The translations under genes were made by a program, and so were the position numbers. A stretch of DNA of 64,000 nucleotides from Macrostomum hystrix. Taxonomy: Eukaryota; Animalia; Platyhelminthes. Below the pieces are notes generated by a model. That model saw nothing but the letters and a program-made list of their open reading frames with translations. It was not told the origin of the DNA and made no database searches. Shown piece by piece: positions 61,170-64,000 of the stretch (position 1 is the first letter of the stretch; every line of letters begins with the position of its first letter). The DNA lies in assembly GCA_950097015.1 (NCBI GenBank), contig CATNEN010000013.1, forward strand, positions 310,001-374,000. Direction: 5' to 3'.

Positions 61170-62363
61170 TTACATATCCTTGTCTTCGACACGAATCGCT
61201 GAATATCTCGAAGATGCTGGAACTACTGTCTATGGTAAAACTTGAATGTTGCAGCGATACGAAAAGTAATGTTCGTTTTTTTATCTATACCAAACTCCAA
61301 TCCTAATTGTTTACCTGTCTCAGATAGGATCTAAGCGAGCGAATAACGGCATCGTTGCCTAGCAACTGATTGGTGCGGCGAGTAGCGTCATCGATTGGGG
61401 GCTGACTGCGTAGCAGATCTAGCGCACGCTTTACATTCCCTGAGTTTGAGAAAAAGAGCAGGAGTTATTTAGTGTTCCGAATTCTGCAGGCGGGTCAGTC
61501 AATCTGGCTATAAATATGAATTTCTCACTTACAGGCGTAGCAGTAGTGTAGATTGATACCATCAGAGCACACTAAAGTGTAAATTGAAAGTTATAAAGTA
61601 AACTGGTTTTCTAAATAGCCTTACACAATGTTACACAATGTTAAACCTTGTTTAACCAATGAACAACCTTTTAGTTCAAAGCTGTACCTGTTACACTGAA
61701 TTAATAATCTTCCATATTGTGCTACTCAGTCAGTAGCTCAGTTACTCAATCAGTCACTCGCTCAGTCACTCGCTCAGTCACTCGCTCAGTCACTCGCTCA
61801 GTCACTCGCTCAGTCACTCGCTCAGTTACTCAATCAGTCACTCGCTCAGTCACTCGCTCAGTTACTCGCTCAGTCACTCGCTCAGTCACTCGCTCAGTCA
61901 CTCGCTCAGTTACTCAATCAGTCACTCGCTCAGTCACTCGCTCAGTCAGTCGCTCAGTTACTCACTCAGTCACTCGCTCAGTCACTCGCTCAGTCAGTCG
62001 CTCAGTTACTCGCTCAGTCAGTCGCTCAGTCACTCGCTCAGTTACTCACTCAGTCACTCACTCAGTCACTCGCCCAATCACTCGCTCAGTCCTTTACTCA
62101 GTCACTCGCTCAGTCCTTTACTCAGTCACTCGCTCAGTCCTTTACTCAGTCACTCGCTCAGTCACTCGCTCAGTCACTCGCCCAGTCACTCGCTCAGTCA
62201 CTCGCTCAGTCACTCGCTCAGTCCTTTACTCAGTCACTCGCTCAGTCACTCGCTCAGTCACTCGCTCACCCGCGTGAGGCGCGGCCGCAGCGCAGGACGC
62301 CAGGGAAGCGAGCAGTGCGGAAGTGGCGATCACGCAGAAGGTTAGCTTGGCGGCAGTCAGCAT
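61170..62363 (-). CDS. Small neuropeptide-like precursor; exons 62363-62270, 61571-61533, 61439-61315, last exon tentative (61229-61170)
   Basis: MLTAAKLTFCVIATSALLASLASCAAAAPHA|VCSDGINLHYCYA|WNVKRALDLLRSQPP...: signal peptide, canonical donors (GTGAGC, GTAAGT, GTAAAC), pyrimidine-rich acceptors, phases 1/1/0 without stops. The C-terminal exon choice is ambiguous. Confidence 0.72.
61730..62268. repeat. 12-bp minisatellite (CAGTCACTCGCT)n beginning at the donor of neuropeptide gene intron 1
   Basis: Direct periodicity; the minus strand reads exon|GTGAGCGAGTGACTGAGCGAG... Confidence 0.96.
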
Positions 62364-63264
62364 CTTTGCTTGCTCCTGAGTCGCCGGTCAGTGTGGTGTC
62401 TCCCTGGCTCGGTCGGTGGCGAGTCCGGCTCGCCTGAGCCAGCCAGATAAAGGCGGCGGAGGAGGCGTGGGCAGGCGGTGCGAAGCTGCCGCACCCAATT
62501 AGCGGCAGCGGTTGCGACGGTCAGTGCGAGCTGGTCGTGGGCGGTGGGAGAGTCGGCCTCATGATCTGAGCTGCAAGAATTATCCCATCAGACAGGTTTT
62601 CCCCGTGGCTATTCGAGAAGCTGGACTCACCTATCCCGCCCCTCGTCCTGCCTGATCCCATCATCCTATCATCCAATTCTACTTCTGTCTCTTTAGCCCG
62701 CTGCCTCGAGAGCAGCCGGCAAGTTTGAGCAAAAAAACGGATGAAAATGAATTTACTGTCAGTTTGAGTTTTATCTGAGTAGGCCCGTGGCTTAAGTTTA
62801 GGAAATTTTGACCTTCTGGCTTTTCGTTAAGAAGTTTTTCGTTTGGAATGGCTTCATTTAATGAACTTGTTAAGACATGTAAATAATATTTCTGGCCTCA
62901 CGAATCATGCATCAGGTTCTAATTGGAACTCTCACACGTGCTTTGACACAGAAAACGCCGATTGCAAAGGGCTTAGTAAAAAGGCAAACATTTCAGGCTA
63001 TCGCCTTGCTTGTTGTGAAATTATCGAGATTTCTTGTAACTGCGTGCACTTTTAGGCGCACCAACATACCATTGTTAACTTTGAAAAGCAGCAGTGTATA
63101 CAGATAAAAACTTTTTTGCAAATAGTGAGTATTTGAAATGGACAAAAATAAAACATTTACAGAAATAAAGCACCTTTGTCCTGTATTTTATAAGACAGAA
63201 ACGATACCAGTAAATAGTTCAGCCATTACAGCCTCACTGCACAGCATTTACAATGAGGCGGTTC

Positions 63265-64000
63265 TTAAAACTCCTCAAACTCAGCCTTTAAGTGCATTTG
63301 CCTTTGGACGCGCACAATTGCGGCTGGCACTGGCTGGCCCGTGTAGTAAAGCTCTTCGTATTTGCTTGCCAATTTCTGTGGCGCCGGCAGTTGCTTATTA
63401 AACAGACAGATAAAGTTCATGTCGCTAAAGAACTCGTGCTGCCGTACCGCTGCTGCCCCGTCTCTTTGACAGCCCAGACGATTGTGAGGATTCTTCTGGC
63501 ATAGACTGCTCACCAGCTGCTTGACGTCCGACCCGATGGTGCTCGGGTACTGTACCTCGCTTGACATGACCTTTTTGATCATGCTTAGTTCGCTTCCGGC
63601 GACTGTACTGAATGGAGTACATCCGACCATAAACTCGTAAAGCAAACAGCCCGCTGCCCACCAGTCAGCAGAGTAGCTGTAACCGCAGTTGTTTGTATTA
63701 AGTACCTCAGGTGCCATGTAGGCTATAGTGCCCAGAGTGCTGTAGGTTCGCTCTGAAAAAAACAAGCATACTCGTAATTGAAGTCAACAAAGCTCTGAGT
63801 AAGCTATGTAGCTCGTAAATGCTCGCTCACCTCTTTGAGCATCCAGCAGCTTGGCGAAACCGAAGTCCGTCAGCTTAATGTAGCCAGTCATTTCAAGCAT
63901 CAGGTTCTCTGGCTTGAGATCGCGATACAAAATGCGCATCCTGTGCAGGTACTCAAGGCACAGTACAACCTGTGCCAGATAGAACTTGGCTTCTTTGTAG
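63265..64000 (-). CDS. AGC kinase, divergent PKA catalytic-subunit-like, 3' part only; exons >64000-63831 and 63752-63265
   Basis: [38 protein letters not shown] | GT..YMAPE..ADWWAAG..NRLG; ends AEFEEF* like the PKA terminal FxxF motif. 78-nt phase-1 intron; the gene runs off the window. Confidence 0.88.

Noticed and set aside
61300-61345. NPF/NPY similarity (LRSYLRQ versus LRDYLRQ)
   Set aside because: No GRPRF-G-KR ending found in any downstream exon option; read-through hits a stop after VNN.

Overview
Eukaryotic (animal) genomic DNA with GC-rich exons, GT-AG introns and an extreme density of minisatellites (about 23 unrelated unit families, 12-56 bp). This is reminiscent of the flatworm Macrostomum (inference from genome style only). 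Read by hand with splice-phase checks, it contains: a 13.6-kb 56-bp satellite; a 3-exon secreted two-cystine-knot precursor resembling ITG/prohormone-3; an intact Ty3/Gypsy (CsRn1-like) LTR element with apparently identical 373-bp LTRs, a GACC target duplication and an in-frame GGGAAAC -1 frameshift site; an intronless bZIP gene; MTG1 and DNAJB12/14 in an operon-like arrangement; an ARM-TIR-SAM gene with an upstream RFX X-box; a 5-exon SOCS-box gene; a small neuropeptide-like precursor (C-x8-C-x5-KR) missed by the ORF track; the 3' part of a divergent PKA-like kinase; and at least three tRNA-derived SINE families. Most long ORFs in the supplied track are artefacts of tandem repeats. Best leads: the two secreted peptide precursors, the ARM-TIR-SAM gene, the recurrence of CAG|GT splice-site mimics in unrelated minisatellites, and recurrent SINE chimeras with a structured SINE 3' end. 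No database searches or computations were run; all homology calls come from recognised motifs.
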